The notes below the pieces were generated by a model, which did not search any database, was not told where the DNA came from, and saw nothing but the letters and a program-made list of their open reading frames with translations. The position numbers were made by a program, and so were the translations under genes. A DNA stretch of 64,000 nucleotides, from contig OZ024746.1 of the NCBI GenBank assembly GCA_964016885.1, forward strand, positions 87,172,001 to 87,236,000, in the 5' to 3' direction. The DNA is from Eledone cirrhosa (taxonomy: Eukaryota). The first letter of the stretch is position 1, and each line of letters opens with the position of its first letter. Below, in pieces: positions 44,377-58,220 of the stretch.

Positions 44377-45374
44377 ATGTTTGTGCAAAAATATTAGTAT
44401 GACTGTTTTTATCGGAATATCCAAATCATTTCTCCAAAAGAATTACAACATAACAAATAAAGAAACGAACAAAACACAAAATGTTTCAAGTTGAACGAGA
44501 ACATCTAACGAAATATGTACAATATAAAAACTGAAATTCATATTTCTAAGCACAGCCATACCAGTGTGATAGTCTTTTTGCAAAATTTCTTGTTTTTTAT
44601 CTTTCACAATTTGTATTCCATTCATGGAATTTGCGTTAATTCGTTATGATTAGAAACGCGATTAAATAAGTATTTTACTTTCTTATCTTCGGTATGTAAA
44701 AATCGAAAATCGTACATCGGGACAAATACACATAATTTAATACTTTAAAAGATATGAATCTTTAGTAACTCTCATAAACCTGATCTCCTCACTTTTTGAA
44801 TTCTGTTCCCACTAGTGATGTTTATTGCTCCCTGAATTATTTACTATAGCATCATTGTGTGATCAAAATATTTACAAGCTAACAAAAAGTGTACGTTATC
44901 AATATAATCTTTGAAACTATCATAATGCTATTATCGTTATATTTTGATACGCGTATAATCAACGCCAGAAAGACGTGATATATTTAAGCCAGTGAAGTAG
45001 TTTTTCTATGCTTGCACGTCCTTTTACAAACATCGCAACATATCTGAAATTATATTCTACACACTTGAAAACAAGTCACTTATTCAATATTTTAATCCTG
45101 TATATAGCAAATTAAGTATGCAATTGCCTTCTTCATGGGTCCGCTCAATAATTCCTGACTTTGATCTAGACATATTAACATAAATATCATTATTTTCAAT
45201 AATATATATATTATATTATTTTCAATAATTGATTGCTGTGTATATTTATATTTATTAACGGTTTACTTTCTCACCTTGCTACTAATACAAAATAAAATAT
45301 ATAATGTTTAGCTGCATGTGAAAATAGTTTGGAAATACATACATATATATATATAATACAATATGTTTAAAGGG

Positions 45375-46139
45375 TAACGCACTAGAGACAGAGAAATCGT
45401 GTGCCATCAATAAAACAGGGAAAACCACCAGTGTATGGAATCTATAACCTATGGAAGACAGGGTAGACACACAATAATTAAAAATATAAATTTAAATGCA
45501 TATACGAGCGAAATATCGCGATAAATTATCGGAGCCATAGCCTCTCGTTATTCCCCCTGTAAATTATAGGCTCAAAGGAAATGGCTCCGTGATATTTCGC
45601 TCTTTGTAACAGTCTTTCCTCTCTCTCTGTTTGGGTGAGCACATTTCTTCGAGTAGTTTTGGGCTGCCTTTTCTAGCAGCTCCTCCCTCAGATACCACTG
45701 GTCCACTGTCCTACTCACGCTGTCACATCTCTCTGCCGCACGTGTTGCTGGACGGCTGTCTTAGATTTTATTAGAGTTGTCTGGAATCTATCGCCTTACA
45801 CACGCTGATGACCCATAGACGATTCCATTTCAGTCAACATTTCCTGGCGAAACAGATCTATTTGGATTTTTACGCGTGAGTTATATAGTTATAGAGGTGC
45901 GTATATGCATTTTAATTTATATTTTTAATTATTGTGTGTCTACCCTGCTTTCCATAGGTTATAGATTCCATGCGCTGGTGGTTTTCCCTGTTTTATTGAT
46001 GGCACACGATCTCTCTCCCTCTCTCTATAGTGTGTTATCCTTTCAACATATTGTATTTTAAAGAGCTCAGAATTCCTTTACCTTTGAGCATATAATTTAA
46101 AAGGAATAACGAGAGGCTATGGCTCCGTTAATTTATCGT

Positions 46140-46140
<1 letters not shown>
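45375..46140. repeat. Complex inverted pLTR-like element with a degenerate HHR at 45801-45868
   Basis: 45375-45505 is inverse to 45900-46035, and 45518-45580 is inverse to 46075-46140. Motif CTGATGA-cccatag...cctggc-GAAA-cagatct. Confidence 0.65.
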
Positions 46141-46196
<56 letters not shown>

Positions 46197-46364
46197 GTAT
46201 ATATATATGTATATATATATATGTATATATATATGTATATATATATATATGTATATATATATGTATATATATGTATATATATATGTATATATATATGTAT
46301 ATATATATATGTATATATGTATATATGTATATATGTATATATATATATATATATGTATACATGT

Positions 46365-46790
46365 AAAGTTATATTTAAAATTGTTGGGTTACAACTAGTA
46401 AATATTTATAACTGATATAAAAGCACTCGACAAATACTTGGAGTATATTTACAATATTAAATAAATGGAAAACTATATTTATAAAACCATATTTATTTCA
46501 TTATATATATTTCGGGGATATCATATTAACAATATGCTATGCCTTCATCAGACAAAATACAATATAAACAGTTTTATAGATAAATATATTCGACATACCG
46601 TAATAAACATCAACTTCATTTGAAGAGGTTCACTCTATGTCGAATATATTTATCTATAAAACTGTTTATATTGTATTTTGTCTGATGAAGGCATAGCATA
46701 TTGTTAATATGATATCCCCGAAATATATATAATGAAATAAATATGGTTTTATAAATATAGTTTTCCATTTATTTAATATTGTATATATAT
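46365..46790. repeat. Foldback pLTR pair with HHRs at 46496-46557 (minus) and 46676-46737 (plus)
   Basis: Arms 46452-46596 and 46637-46781. Motif: ttttgt-CTGATGA-a-ggcatagcatatt-gtt-aatatgatatcccc-GAAA-tatatat-A-atgaaa. Confidence 0.75.
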
Positions 46791-46823
46791 GTATATATAT
46801 ATATGTATATATATATGTATATA

Positions 46824-46870
<47 letters not shown>

Positions 46871-46872
46871 GC

Positions 46873-46917
<45 letters not shown>

Positions 46918-48499
46918 TATATATATATATATATATATAGATATATATATATATATCTATATATATATATATATATGTGTGTGTATATATATAATCATCA
47001 TCACCATCACAGTTTTACGTCCATTCTTCCACGCCAGCATAGGTTAGACGGGTTGTCCTGTTGTGGCCCCAATGCCTGGTCGGGTGTCCTTCTCTGTCTC
47101 ATACGGGAACTGATTTTGGCTTATATATAGTGAGTTAGAAACTAAGAGTAGTCTCTTACAATTAAATAGCTCCAAGGAAAAAGCTTTTCCAAGCCGTACA
47201 TTATAATTGAATAAACAAGAGAGATGAACACTAATATAAACATACATGTGTTCGAACCGTAAGGACCAAGTTTGCTAGGGGGAAAAATACTAACTACAGC
47301 AATATGGTTTGTCAGATTTAATATTAAATTAAATTAAGAAAAATAAATTACGAAAAATAACTGACCTATATTGGGCAATCGCCTGGTAACAACTAGACAG
47401 TTTTGGAGACAGTTTTGCAACATATTATTTTGTGTTAGATTAATTATTTTAGTGGCCTTGTGCCTATATAAGACAAGACACCAATATTTAGGCGTGCAGT
47501 AAATGTACATATTCGATTCCTCTTTTGCAATCTATACCTAACGAGTATATACATGGTAAGATCACAAATAACAAGTCATTTGGCTTTCTATATGCTTCAA
47601 GAACTAAATCAACAACTGGATACGATAACATGCATAATTGGAATGCAGCTTTTTCCACGGGAGTCATTTCAAATTATTACTGTTGGTAAACAACATAACA
47701 CGAGAATGTAAAAACACAGTTTATTAGGTGAACGCTTGCAAAAGGAAAGAGAAAGTAAATGAACGTCTCAACATATCGGACATAACTTCTTTAACACATA
47801 GCAACGTTTGGAAAAAGCTGAGAAGATTGGAAGGCTGGGAAAAAACATTAACTCTGGTTAGGTGGGAAGGCGAATAGTAAGCCGCACGAGGTGGAGAGGT
47901 GAGTTTATCATGGTTGCCGAATCACGGGTTTGCTTTATGTATTTCGTGTGTGTGTGTACAAGTTTATGTGTAAGTATCCACGTTTGTGTTTGCGTGAATC
48001 TTTGTGTTTATAATCTTGCCTATGTGAGTAATACTTGCGTGTGAGTGCATAATCGGGTATGATTTTCTGTATACTTAAATCGAAGTAGCAAGCAGGAATG
48101 GCCACTAGATGTCAATAAATTCCTGGTGATTTCATGTGTATGAAACAATTCTATGATATGAGACCATACGATCTACATGATCATTAGCCTAAAGCTCTAA
48201 CTACTATAACACCTGGGATCGCATGTCGTATATAAAAAAGCACAGAAATACATAAACCTAAAATAACTGGGAGGAACGTTTTAAGGGGTTTAACATTTTG
48301 GCTACAAAATTTCTTCGAAAATGAAAATATGGTATGAAATATTTTCGAGAAGATACTACACAAGTGATAGAAAAAGAGAAAAATAAAAAAAGGAAGTACT
48401 GACTGAAGTAGCATATCAGTGATGAAATATCAGCCAAACACGCATTCCTATGTAAACATAGGTATAATATATATATATATATATATAGATAGATAGATA

Positions 48500-51400
48500 A
48501 ATATACACAGGTGTGTATGATTGTGTATAGAAAATTATATTAATAATAGGAATTCCAACTTTGTCTGATTTACTCGTTTTATTTACAATCCTTTCAAATG
48601 TATAATGGTATTATAATGAAATAGTATGATAGAATATTAAATGTTAAGTGTTAATTGAACAAGTACTTTCATGCTTTCGAAATCTTCAGGTTAATAATGT
48701 GTGGTGACAGTCAAGTTTGCAATTTTCAACTTTCATTTCAATTTAGAAGGAGGACCCCTCGGGGACAATGAGTCCAATTCATTAACCTATAAAAGTTCAA
48801 ACTGCCACCATAAAAAGCACCATAACCTCGGGAGTTTATACTTGATTCTTACAAAAACTAAACTAATGCCTGCCATAAGATAAAGCACCACACATTCTTT
48901 ATCACTTGAATTTTGCGAGGGAACCCTATAGCGAGGGCAGTGAGCCCCTTTGGACAACTTTTAAAGTTCATATTATGGTCGCAGCAAAGCATTTCATCTG
49001 GAAATAAAGGTCAATTTCAACGAAAGTTGACGCATCGGTTACTCATGTCCTACAAATGGAGTAGCGAATTTTTAAAACCCTCTGACTTAACTTTAGTTTG
49101 TTTAGTTAACTTTAGGATGATTGAATTGAATTTTGCACCCTGTTGTCTAACCCGTGTAATTGCACCACAGTTAAATTAAGTGCGGAATGGGAAGTTACAT
49201 TTTTTCCCTTGAACGTTGACGTCATTTCACACTCCTAACGAAGAAAGCGCGATTTAACCCAGGTGTAAATCTTAACGCTTACTGTATGTGGATTGTGCTA
49301 TTTCACACTCATGCCTAAACTGTGCCAATGATTGATTAGTTTTTGCTCCCGGTTGTCTCCCCCGTTTAATTGCACGTCAATTAAGTGCGAAATGGTGACC
49401 TCTGACTAATCACACATCAGTGAATTGTGTTCAGTAGATTTCATCACACTTATTTGTATTATGTAACCAATCAGACAACTCGAGCGTTGTTCATTGAGCG
49501 AAATCACTCCTATTTATATCGCTGAAGTCCGGCCTAGGATCACACTTCCTTTTTGGCTTTTGACAAGTGGTAGGTTTTTGTAAATGCGTACTCTCATAAG
49601 CTACCACATATTTCTGAAACGCATGCTTCTTCAACACTTGTTACCTTAAAGGAGGTTTATTTAATGTATTTATGGTCATAAGTTTCCAGTTTATCATTCT
49701 GTGATATTTCGGCCATTTTTGCCTGTATCTTTTCGAATGGTTAGTACTTAATTATTGCTATGTTCGAACTGAACAAACATACTGACACTTATATACCTAC
49801 CACTATAGCCACACTATTTAATTTCCTATATCACGGGTAGTCCGTACGCTGCGTTGCCCCTAACTTAAAACCTGAAATTTGATTGGTACACAAAATCTTG
49901 CAAAACATACCTTACTTTCTCAGACCACATAGATTTATCACATTTTTTTACAATTTATATCCGTGTTTAGATTTGCTTATTTAAACGTTATTTGTCCACT
50001 ATTTATCGTTCTCCCTGGTTAATTTTCTAAAAACAATGCCCCCCAAGAAAATAACTTTCATTGGTCGATTATCTAATGATGCAAGTAGGTCTAAGCGAAG
50101 GCGTCTCACCGAAGATGTAAATACGACTGCGATCAGGCTCTCACAGAATGCTGTGCAGACGTCAGCTGCAAGAGCGAAGGAGTATGACAGTCAGTGTGAA
50201 CTTCGAAAGGAACAAAAATGGTGCCGCGACTGCTGCTGCTCGCGCTCGAGAAGCTGACGAACGACGTGCAGTTATACGAAGCAGGGACGCCACTGCAACA
50301 GCCGCTGCTCGTGCAAGAGAAGATGAAGGACGACACGCCGTTCGACGAAGCAGGGACACCACTGCAACAGCCGCTGCTGACACGCGAGATGATGAAGGAC
50401 AACGCGCAGTCCAACGAAGCGGGGACGCCACTGCAACAGCAGCTGCTCACGCCCAAGAGGATGAAGGACGACGCGCCGTTCGACGAAGCAGGGACGCCTC
50501 TGACACTGCTGCTGCACGAAATACTGAAACCATAGCGCAACGACATGGCCGACTTTGTAAAGTGAACAGCGGCGATCATCGTTAAGTGGCATTTCTAGGA
50601 CTCGCAATTCACGATGGTTGTTGAAGGCCTTTAACTACGACCCCTCCTCCGACTACGCTGTGCTTTCCTGGAAACCTGCATGTCTACAATTCCCTTGACT
50701 ATATGGCTGATCCGGACGAAGTTTTTATTTACCCCACATAATTTATTAACTCCCTTGACCCTCGCGGATTGCCACCACACTCACTGAGATTTAAGAAAGG
50801 TGCCCCTGTCATGCTCCTCGGGAATTTGTAACCCCGAAGGCCTTCCTTTGGCACGCGTCTGGTCGTCCAAAAGGTGATACCTCATGTTATTGAGGCAACA
50901 ATACTTACAGGATGTGGTAAGGGGGATACTGTCTTCATACCAAGGATACCTCTCATTCCATCTAGTAAAGACATTCCTTTCACATTCAGAAGGCTGTAAT
51001 TCGCTCTCCAGCTCAGTTTCGCTATGTCGATTAACAAATCACAGGGTCAGACGCTGACGGTCGTAGGGCGTAACCTAGAAGAACCGTGCTCCTCCCCTGG
51101 TCAACTATATGTTGGGTGTTCTTGAGAGGAAAGCCGCTATATCATATTTGCTTTTGCAACTCGCGAGAAAACACAAAATATAGTCTATAAGGAAGTTTTG
51201 TAGGCACCCAATCCGCCAACAAGTAATCGCTGTTTTGTTTTGTATAAGTGCTTACATTTGCTGTATCCGTGTGCTATTTTTATCCTTTTGACAATACCAT
51301 GTACGCCTCTGAAGTTGCTTGTCCTATACGTTATAAATGTTCAATGTCTCCGTTTTCCGCATTTATATGTTGCTATTAAGCTTTGTTATCGATGTTCCTT

Positions 51401-51872
51401 AGTTTTAATTAATCTACTTTTCCCTACATCGTATTTACACATTTTTTTTACATTCCAGCGTGATCCTGACAAGGCCGTTTTTGTGGCCACCGACTGTTAC
51501 ATGCTTTTCTAGGTTACAATCTCAAATAACAAGCAAAGCAAATACAACACACCAAAGTGGTGTGAAGGACTTCTTACGGGCCACCACCTCTAATCGGAGT
51601 CGCCTTTGCTGACAGCAGCGCCGCTGAGACTTTTAAGAGTAAATGACCCAAGGCTCTCTTTAGGGCCACCAACTTTAAATTGTTCCCATCGGATTCGTCT
51701 TAGTTGGCAGCACTGCCACAGAGATATTTCAAAGTGAACGTTCAAAGGCCCTCTTTAGGGCCAACACCCATAACTTTTTACTTCTATAGTCATGTTTAGC
51801 GGAAGTATGTCGGTTCATTTGAACTACTACTTCATTGAGAGTTATACCGGGCAACGCCGGGTACATATGCTA

Positions 51873-51873
<1 letters not shown>
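48500..51873 (+). mobile_element. Helitron, internally deleted (5' boundary uncertain)
   Basis: N-terminal MPPKK...KRRR region with 69-bp repeats. Pif1 helicase C-terminus at ~50690-51203 (LPPHSLRFKKGAPVMLL, GTRL, FIPRIPL, FAMSINKSQGQTL, GQLYVGCS, NIVYKEVL). 3' hairpin ccgggcaacgccggg, then CTAG at 51870-51873 followed by T. Confidence 0.88.
50220..50520 (+). repeat. 69-bp (23-aa) coding minisatellite in the Helitron N-terminus
   Basis: About 4 units of RxAVRRSRDATATAAAxAREDEG; starts at 50331, 50400 and 50469. Confidence 0.85.
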
Positions 51874-51912
<39 letters not shown>

Positions 51913-51916
<4 letters not shown>

Positions 51917-54137
51917 TATGAAGAGAGAAGAAACATTTAGATATAATTAGTAATAAAATGTATCATACCTAAACTGTTCCTAGATTCCTCGACTACGTAG
52001 TTTCGTGGCATAACCAAAAACAATACATCATAAAGATATAGAGTCCTTGCGAGGTCTGCCGACTTATCAAGAGGATACCTCATTTTACTAGCTTCAAGAA
52101 CGCGTCTACACGACGTGAGAAAGAATCCCAAAAGGCGGAGGGGGAGATAGCCACGCGATATAACGGTCGAGAAACAGATCTAAGCCTCTTATAACCCTGA
52201 AGAAAATACCACGGAGGCGGAGAGGGTATTTATATCGAAGCCGTAGAAGAGGTGGTGAAGGAGGCGAGAAGTATGAGTAATGGCTGCTTTCCAGCAGTCA
52301 GCACACTTCAAAGATTACTCGACCAGAGGGAGTTATGAACAATATATTTAGAAACACACATATACATGAATGCATCCACACCCAACCGTGAGTTAATGGT
52401 GCCAACTTCACCGATGTTGCTCAATGAATGACTGGGACAGACCAATCCGGTTGAACTAGACTGGACCAGTATCAGAGTTAAAAATACATTATGAAGGGAG
52501 AAGAAACATTTAGATATAATTAGTAATAAAATGTATCATACCTAAACTGTTCCTAGATTCCTCAACTACGTAGTTTCGTGGCATAAACAAAAACAATACA
52601 TCATAAAGATATAGAGTCCTTGCGAGGTCTGCCGACTTATCAAGAGGATACCTCATTCTACTAGCTTCAAGAACGCGTCTATACGACGTGAGAAAGAATC
52701 CCAAAAGGCGGAGGGGGAGATAGTCACGCGATATAACGGTCGAGAAACAGAGCTAAGTCTCTTATAACCCCGAAGAAAATACCACGGAGGCGGAGGGGGT
52801 ATTTATATCGAAGCCGTAGAAGAGGTGGTGAAGGAGGCGAGAAGTATGAGTAAGGGCTGCTTTCCAGCAGTCAGCACACTTCAAAGATTACTCGACCAGA
52901 GGGAGTTATGAACAATATATTTAGAAACACACAGATACATGCGGGCACACACATATACATGAATGCATTCACACCCAACCGTGAGTTAATGGTGCCAACC
53001 TCACCGATGTTGGTCAATGAATGACTGGGACAGACCAATCCGGTTGAACTAGACTGGACCAGTATCAGAGTTAAAAATACATTATGAAGAGAGAAGAAAC
53101 AGTTAGATATAATTAGTAATAAAATGTATCATACCTAAACTGTTCCTAGATTCCTCGACTACGTAGTTTCGTGGCATAAACAAAAACAATACATCATAAA
53201 GGTATAGAGTCCTTGCGAGGTCTGCCGACTTATCAAGAGGATACCTCATTTTACTAGCTTCAAGAACGCGTCTACACGACGTGAGAAAGAATCCCAAAAG
53301 GCGGAGGGGGAGATAGTCACGCGATATAACGGTCGAGAAACAGAGCTAAGTCTCTTATAAACCCGAAGAAAATACCACGGAGGCGGAGGGGGTATTTATA
53401 TCGAAGCCGTAGAAGAGGTGGTGAAGGAGGAGAGAAGTATGAGTAATGGCTGCTTTCCAGCAGTCAGCACACTTCAAAGATTACTCGACCAGAGGGAGTT
53501 ATGAACAATATATTTAGAAACACACAGATACATGCGGACACACACATATACATGAATGCATCCACACCCAACCGTGAGTTAATGGTGCCAACTTCACCGA
53601 TGTTGCTCAATGAATGACTGGGACAGACCAATCCGGTTGAACTAGACTGGACCAGTATCAGAGTTAAAAATACATTATGAAGAGAGAAGAAACATTTAGA
53701 TATAATTAGTAATAAAATGTATCATACCTAAACTGTTCCTAGATTCCTCGACTACGTAGTTTCGTGGCATAAACAAAAACAATACATCATAAAGATATAG
53801 AGTCCTTGCGAGGTCTGCCGACTTATCAAGAGGATACCTCATTTTACTAGCTTCAAGAACGCGTCTACACGACGTGAGAAAGAATCCCAAAAGGCGGAGG
53901 GGGAGATAGTCACGCGATATAACGGTCGAGAAACAGAGCTAAGCCTCTTATAACCCCGAAGAAAATACCACGGAGGCGGAGGGGGTATTTATATCGAAGC
54001 CGTCGAAGAGGTTGTGAAGGAGGCGAGAAGTATGAGTAATGGCTGCTTTCCAGCAGTCAGCACACTTCAAAGATTACTCGACCAGAGGGAGTTATGAACA
54101 ATATATTTAGAAACACACAGATACATGCGGACACATA
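51913..54137 (-). mobile_element. Tandem array of 3.8 x ~593-bp non-coding units, each with a U3-A8 hammerhead (retrozyme-like)
   Basis: Unit starts at 51913, 52486, 53079 and 53672 (573, 593, 593). Minus-strand HHRs at 51986-52075, 52559-52648, 53152-53241 and 53745-53834. Confidence 0.9.
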
Positions 54138-54751
54138 TAGGTTGGTTGGTTGGTTGGATTTCACCGATGAGGGATTAACGAAACTGAAAACATTGGTATA
54201 TATGTGACATTTTCGCAGAGCAATATTAACAAATATTATTTGTCTATCATAGCGAGTTTTTTATATGTTTATTTTACATCACACATATAGTGTATATTTT
54301 CAAATACACCCTATTATGCTCAATGCTATCACATTAATACAGTCAATTAATTATAACCAACGCAACTTCACACGATATGAAGATGACCATCTCCAGCGAA
54401 TATTCATCAAGCAACATGCTTAGATACTCTAGTCTGTTCTCATCTCAGTAGCGCTTGAGTAGATATCACTGTAGGTACATTAAATACTATCGAAACAACT
54501 CTGGCATTATTGACAGCAACCGGAATTCCTCTGATATGTTCACGTGTCAAAATAGAGAATACACCTTTCTCCATTAACGAAAAATATTTTTATAGGCGTG
54601 GGTACCTTATGTCTATTACACATATAAATATAGTTTGTTTTCATATACACAGCTGTATATTTACATATAAAAACATGAATATAATCATATATACACACCC
54701 ATAAATACATGGGTGTATATATATATATACATATACACATAGATAAATATG

Positions 54752-54790
<39 letters not shown>

Positions 54791-56338
54791 ATGTGTGTGT
54801 GTGTGTGTGCGTGCGTGTATGTGTGTGTGTGCTGGCGGGCGTGTGTGAGTGTCACTCTTCATTTGAATGGAGAGTGAATACATTGTAATCATTTTCATGT
54901 ATTGTGCTGGGCATTTGTATTTATAGATACGTTGAGTGAGATACTCTTGTATGTGCAGATACAAACCTCTTTGTTTATAGAAGTGGACAGTCTATGAATT
55001 GGGTTAAGGAGAGTAATGATAGCAAGAGTAATTCTCAGTGAGATTTCGAGAGAAGAAATGCAAATATAAAGGATAAATGTACAGTTGACCTAATATTTAC
55101 CATACTTATATTTTAAAATCCCATACCGATGAGACTTATATAATATAACAAATATATTCTGATCGGTTTTTATGTCATACGTAATAGTTACATCTCAACA
55201 TTAAATGTGAATAATAACCACTTTCTATACCATTCTGTTCCATATGGTATTGCCCAGTTTGCTATCGAGCGAGTAACCTGCCAATAGTGTTTCACCTTTA
55301 ATGTCACATAATAAATTGCTACGACTAAATTTGATTTAGTTATTGATTTACTGCAGCAAACAAAAGTAAGATAAGAACAACCAGGTCATCTGCAAACAAT
55401 TCTATATAGAGCTCAGATACAGACGTTTACTTGAAAATATTATTTTTTTATGCATTCAATATCTAATCAAATTTATCGAAGCAAAACGTCAGGCTATTCA
55501 ATATATAATTCTGATACCATTTGAGAATTATTTTATCAATGCACACTTGGCAGGTCAGCAAACGAAAGCTACGATGATTGGCATTGTCCAATATCCCTTC
55601 TTAAAGAGTGAAACGTAAAACCAAAAAACATTTCTTACTGAAACTGAGACCTTTCTTAGCAAATAAGTGGCAATTAGCCAAGTATAGCTGACGACCTTCC
55701 AAGAATTCTCGTCTAACTTATCGCCCTTACGTTATTTCCCCTCTTCATTTCATTCCGTTTATCACGCTTTTTCTCTTTCTATACTGTGATATCGTTCCAC
55801 ATAAGAAGTTAGTAGATTAGTTGTTACTTTAGATTTTCCTTTTATTTAAAAGGTATTTAATGTCTAGTTCTTTTATTTGCATTTGCATTAGTTTTGGCAT
55901 GTCTGAAAGTTTAGTATTGTGGTGCTGCCAATGGTTGGGCCGGACAGGGAACCGCATGATCTGCTGTGTATTACGAGACGTCGATAATAAAATATGTGAG
56001 CAAGGAAGCCAAATAAAAGCGAAATAAAAATAAATGAATTCGGGTCAAATAAACGACCAAATTTATATAGTTCCAGCATGATTTGTTGGATTATATTTTT
56101 GCAGTCTATTGGGTAAGAGCAAAATATTTTACGACAAAACTAACCAGTAACGGGATACCTATGAATCAGTTGTATCATTTCTAAAAGTATTCATCGAATA
56201 GGTGTACTCTGACAAATTGTACTGCCATCACGTAGTAATTAGTATCATCGACTATACCTGGCAAAATTGATCATTTACTCATAAACCAAATCTAGATCTC
56301 ATTCGAGTATAAATATGTATATTTACCCTTTGAGTATA

Positions 56339-56406
<68 letters not shown>

Positions 56407-56612
56407 CACACACACGCACACACACATATATATATATATAATAGGAATTTAGTTACTGTAAGACACTATGAAAGAAACACCACAAAATACAGCAAAGAGA
56501 TAAGAACAACCAGGAAATCTACAAACAATTCTATACATAGCATCTACTACCCTAAGTATTGAGTACCCTGGTGCCTTATGGTCCATTTGGTTCCTTACCA
56601 CACTTACTTCGT

Positions 56613-56676
<64 letters not shown>

Positions 56677-57105
56677 TATTATTAGTTTAGTAAATGTAAG
56701 GCTCTATAAATGAAACTACACAAAAAACAAATGATTACGTGACCAAATACCAGCATCCATCTTATGGTGTATATACTGATACAAATTAGAAGTAAACTAA
56801 ATCATAATATAGACCAAAAAAGCTTTACTGACCTAGAATTTCTGCTTTCAACCTAAACGAGATCTGTAACTGGGAAAAATTAATCTGTAGACGCAGAAGT
56901 AAATATTTCAAGAAATATTAGCTATTTTATTTATTATGATATATATATATATATAATAATAAGGGTTGACGGGCCCACTATATTTGTCGATGCCAGTACC
57001 GGTTGTATCTGAGCGCACTCAATGAGCAATGTAAGATACATTACCAGAGTATACACAGAGTTATTTGCCTCAACACAACACACGTAAAACGGGTGCCTAT
57101 AAGGT

Positions 57106-57140
57106 ACCCGGACTCGAGTTTCTGCCGCACTAATGCAGCA
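57106..57140 (-). ncRNA. 3' half of a hammerhead, truncated by the adjacent 430-bp element
   Basis: tgctgca-ttag-tgcggca-GAAA-ctcgagt-C-cgggt; no CUGANGA core upstream. Confidence 0.45.
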
Positions 57141-57145
57141 GTAAC

Positions 57146-57640
57146 ACACCGAGCATTATAATAAATGTTTGGTAAACCGATACGTGCATTTATACATGTG
57201 TGCATGTGTGTATATATACGTCTGTATACATATATGTATGTACGTATACATACATACTTACATTTAAGTAAGTGCCGCACTAACAGTGAGAAATGAAATT
57301 TCGTTTCATTCTATTCCAGTTATCGTTTTCGGTGTGCCCGGCCGTCTGAACTACACGATATGCAAATTAGGCTGCTGAGCCGTTAATATGCATAACGAAA
57401 GTACATACTTTCAGACGTTCAACCATCTGGCAGGAAGGTATACGATGCTGAAGATAGCTAATAAGCTTGATACTAGTACATCGTTCCTGTTTCAGTGTTG
57501 AACAAATTCGGGCTGTTTGTTTGTTTACAAACAAACAAACCGAGCATTATAATAAATGTTCGGTAAACCGATACATGCATATATATATGTGTGCATGTGT
57601 GTATGTATGTACATACTACTGTACGTCTGTATATATATAC
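57146..57640 (+). mobile_element. Dispersed ~1.2-unit copy of the 430-bp HHR repeat
   Basis: HHR 57443-57483: cgatg-CTGAAGA-tagctaataagctt-GATA-ctagt-A-catcg. Terminal direct repeat ccgagcattataataaatgtt. Confidence 0.82.
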
Positions 57641-57660
57641 ATACTTTCATACATACTTTC

Positions 57661-57729
<69 letters not shown>

Positions 57730-57949
57730 GAAAAATTTGAACAGGGACAGAACAGAGAGGCAGTACAATAAATGTTTATTAAATTCACGCTAAGGAGAGT
57801 GGGGGGTAGGTGGGGATATATACACACGCACACATATATATATATATATATATTTTTTTTAAATTTATATATATATATATACCATTTGCATTGTTCATGC
57901 AGCATCATCGTGTCTTTTGTTGATATATAAATACATAACATATTGAAAT

Positions 57950-58220
57950 GTGAAATATATCAATGATAGACTGTCTCCTCTTTGAATAGTTTCTCCTGAT
58001 TTTTCTTTCCCTGGAAAAATTTCATTTCTTTCATCATGGTTCATGTTTCGAGGAATCTGCTTCCAATACATAATGTACACTTATATAGAACTATATATGT
58101 TAGGCAAATGTTGACGTTCGTAGCAAGAACAATCAACAACAATAATCTCTACCACAGAAAATGGCTTAACTCTCCTTTTCTGAATGCTATTATTACATAT
58201 ACAAAATATCGACATTATAA
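57950..58220 (-). mobile_element. Possible highly decayed non-LTR RT fragment
   Basis: [12 protein letters not shown] resembles RT motif B (QGDSLSPLLF); little else is recognisable. Confidence 0.3.

Noticed and set aside
50148-50585. Ala/Arg-rich ORF as a host gene
   Set aside because: Explained as the Helitron N-terminal repeat region.
51937-53890. Repeated 64-aa ORF (MGFFLTSCRR...) in each array unit
   Set aside because: Non-ATG start, no recognisable domain, and the 7152 copy differs by a 2-nt indel in this region; it overlaps the HHR, so its conservation is explained by the repeat.
41845-54137. Tandem arrays interpreted as CRISPR or plain satellite
   Set aside because: No unique spacers or cas genes, and the DNA is eukaryotic. 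Dispersed copies and one HHR per unit argue against a simple satellite.
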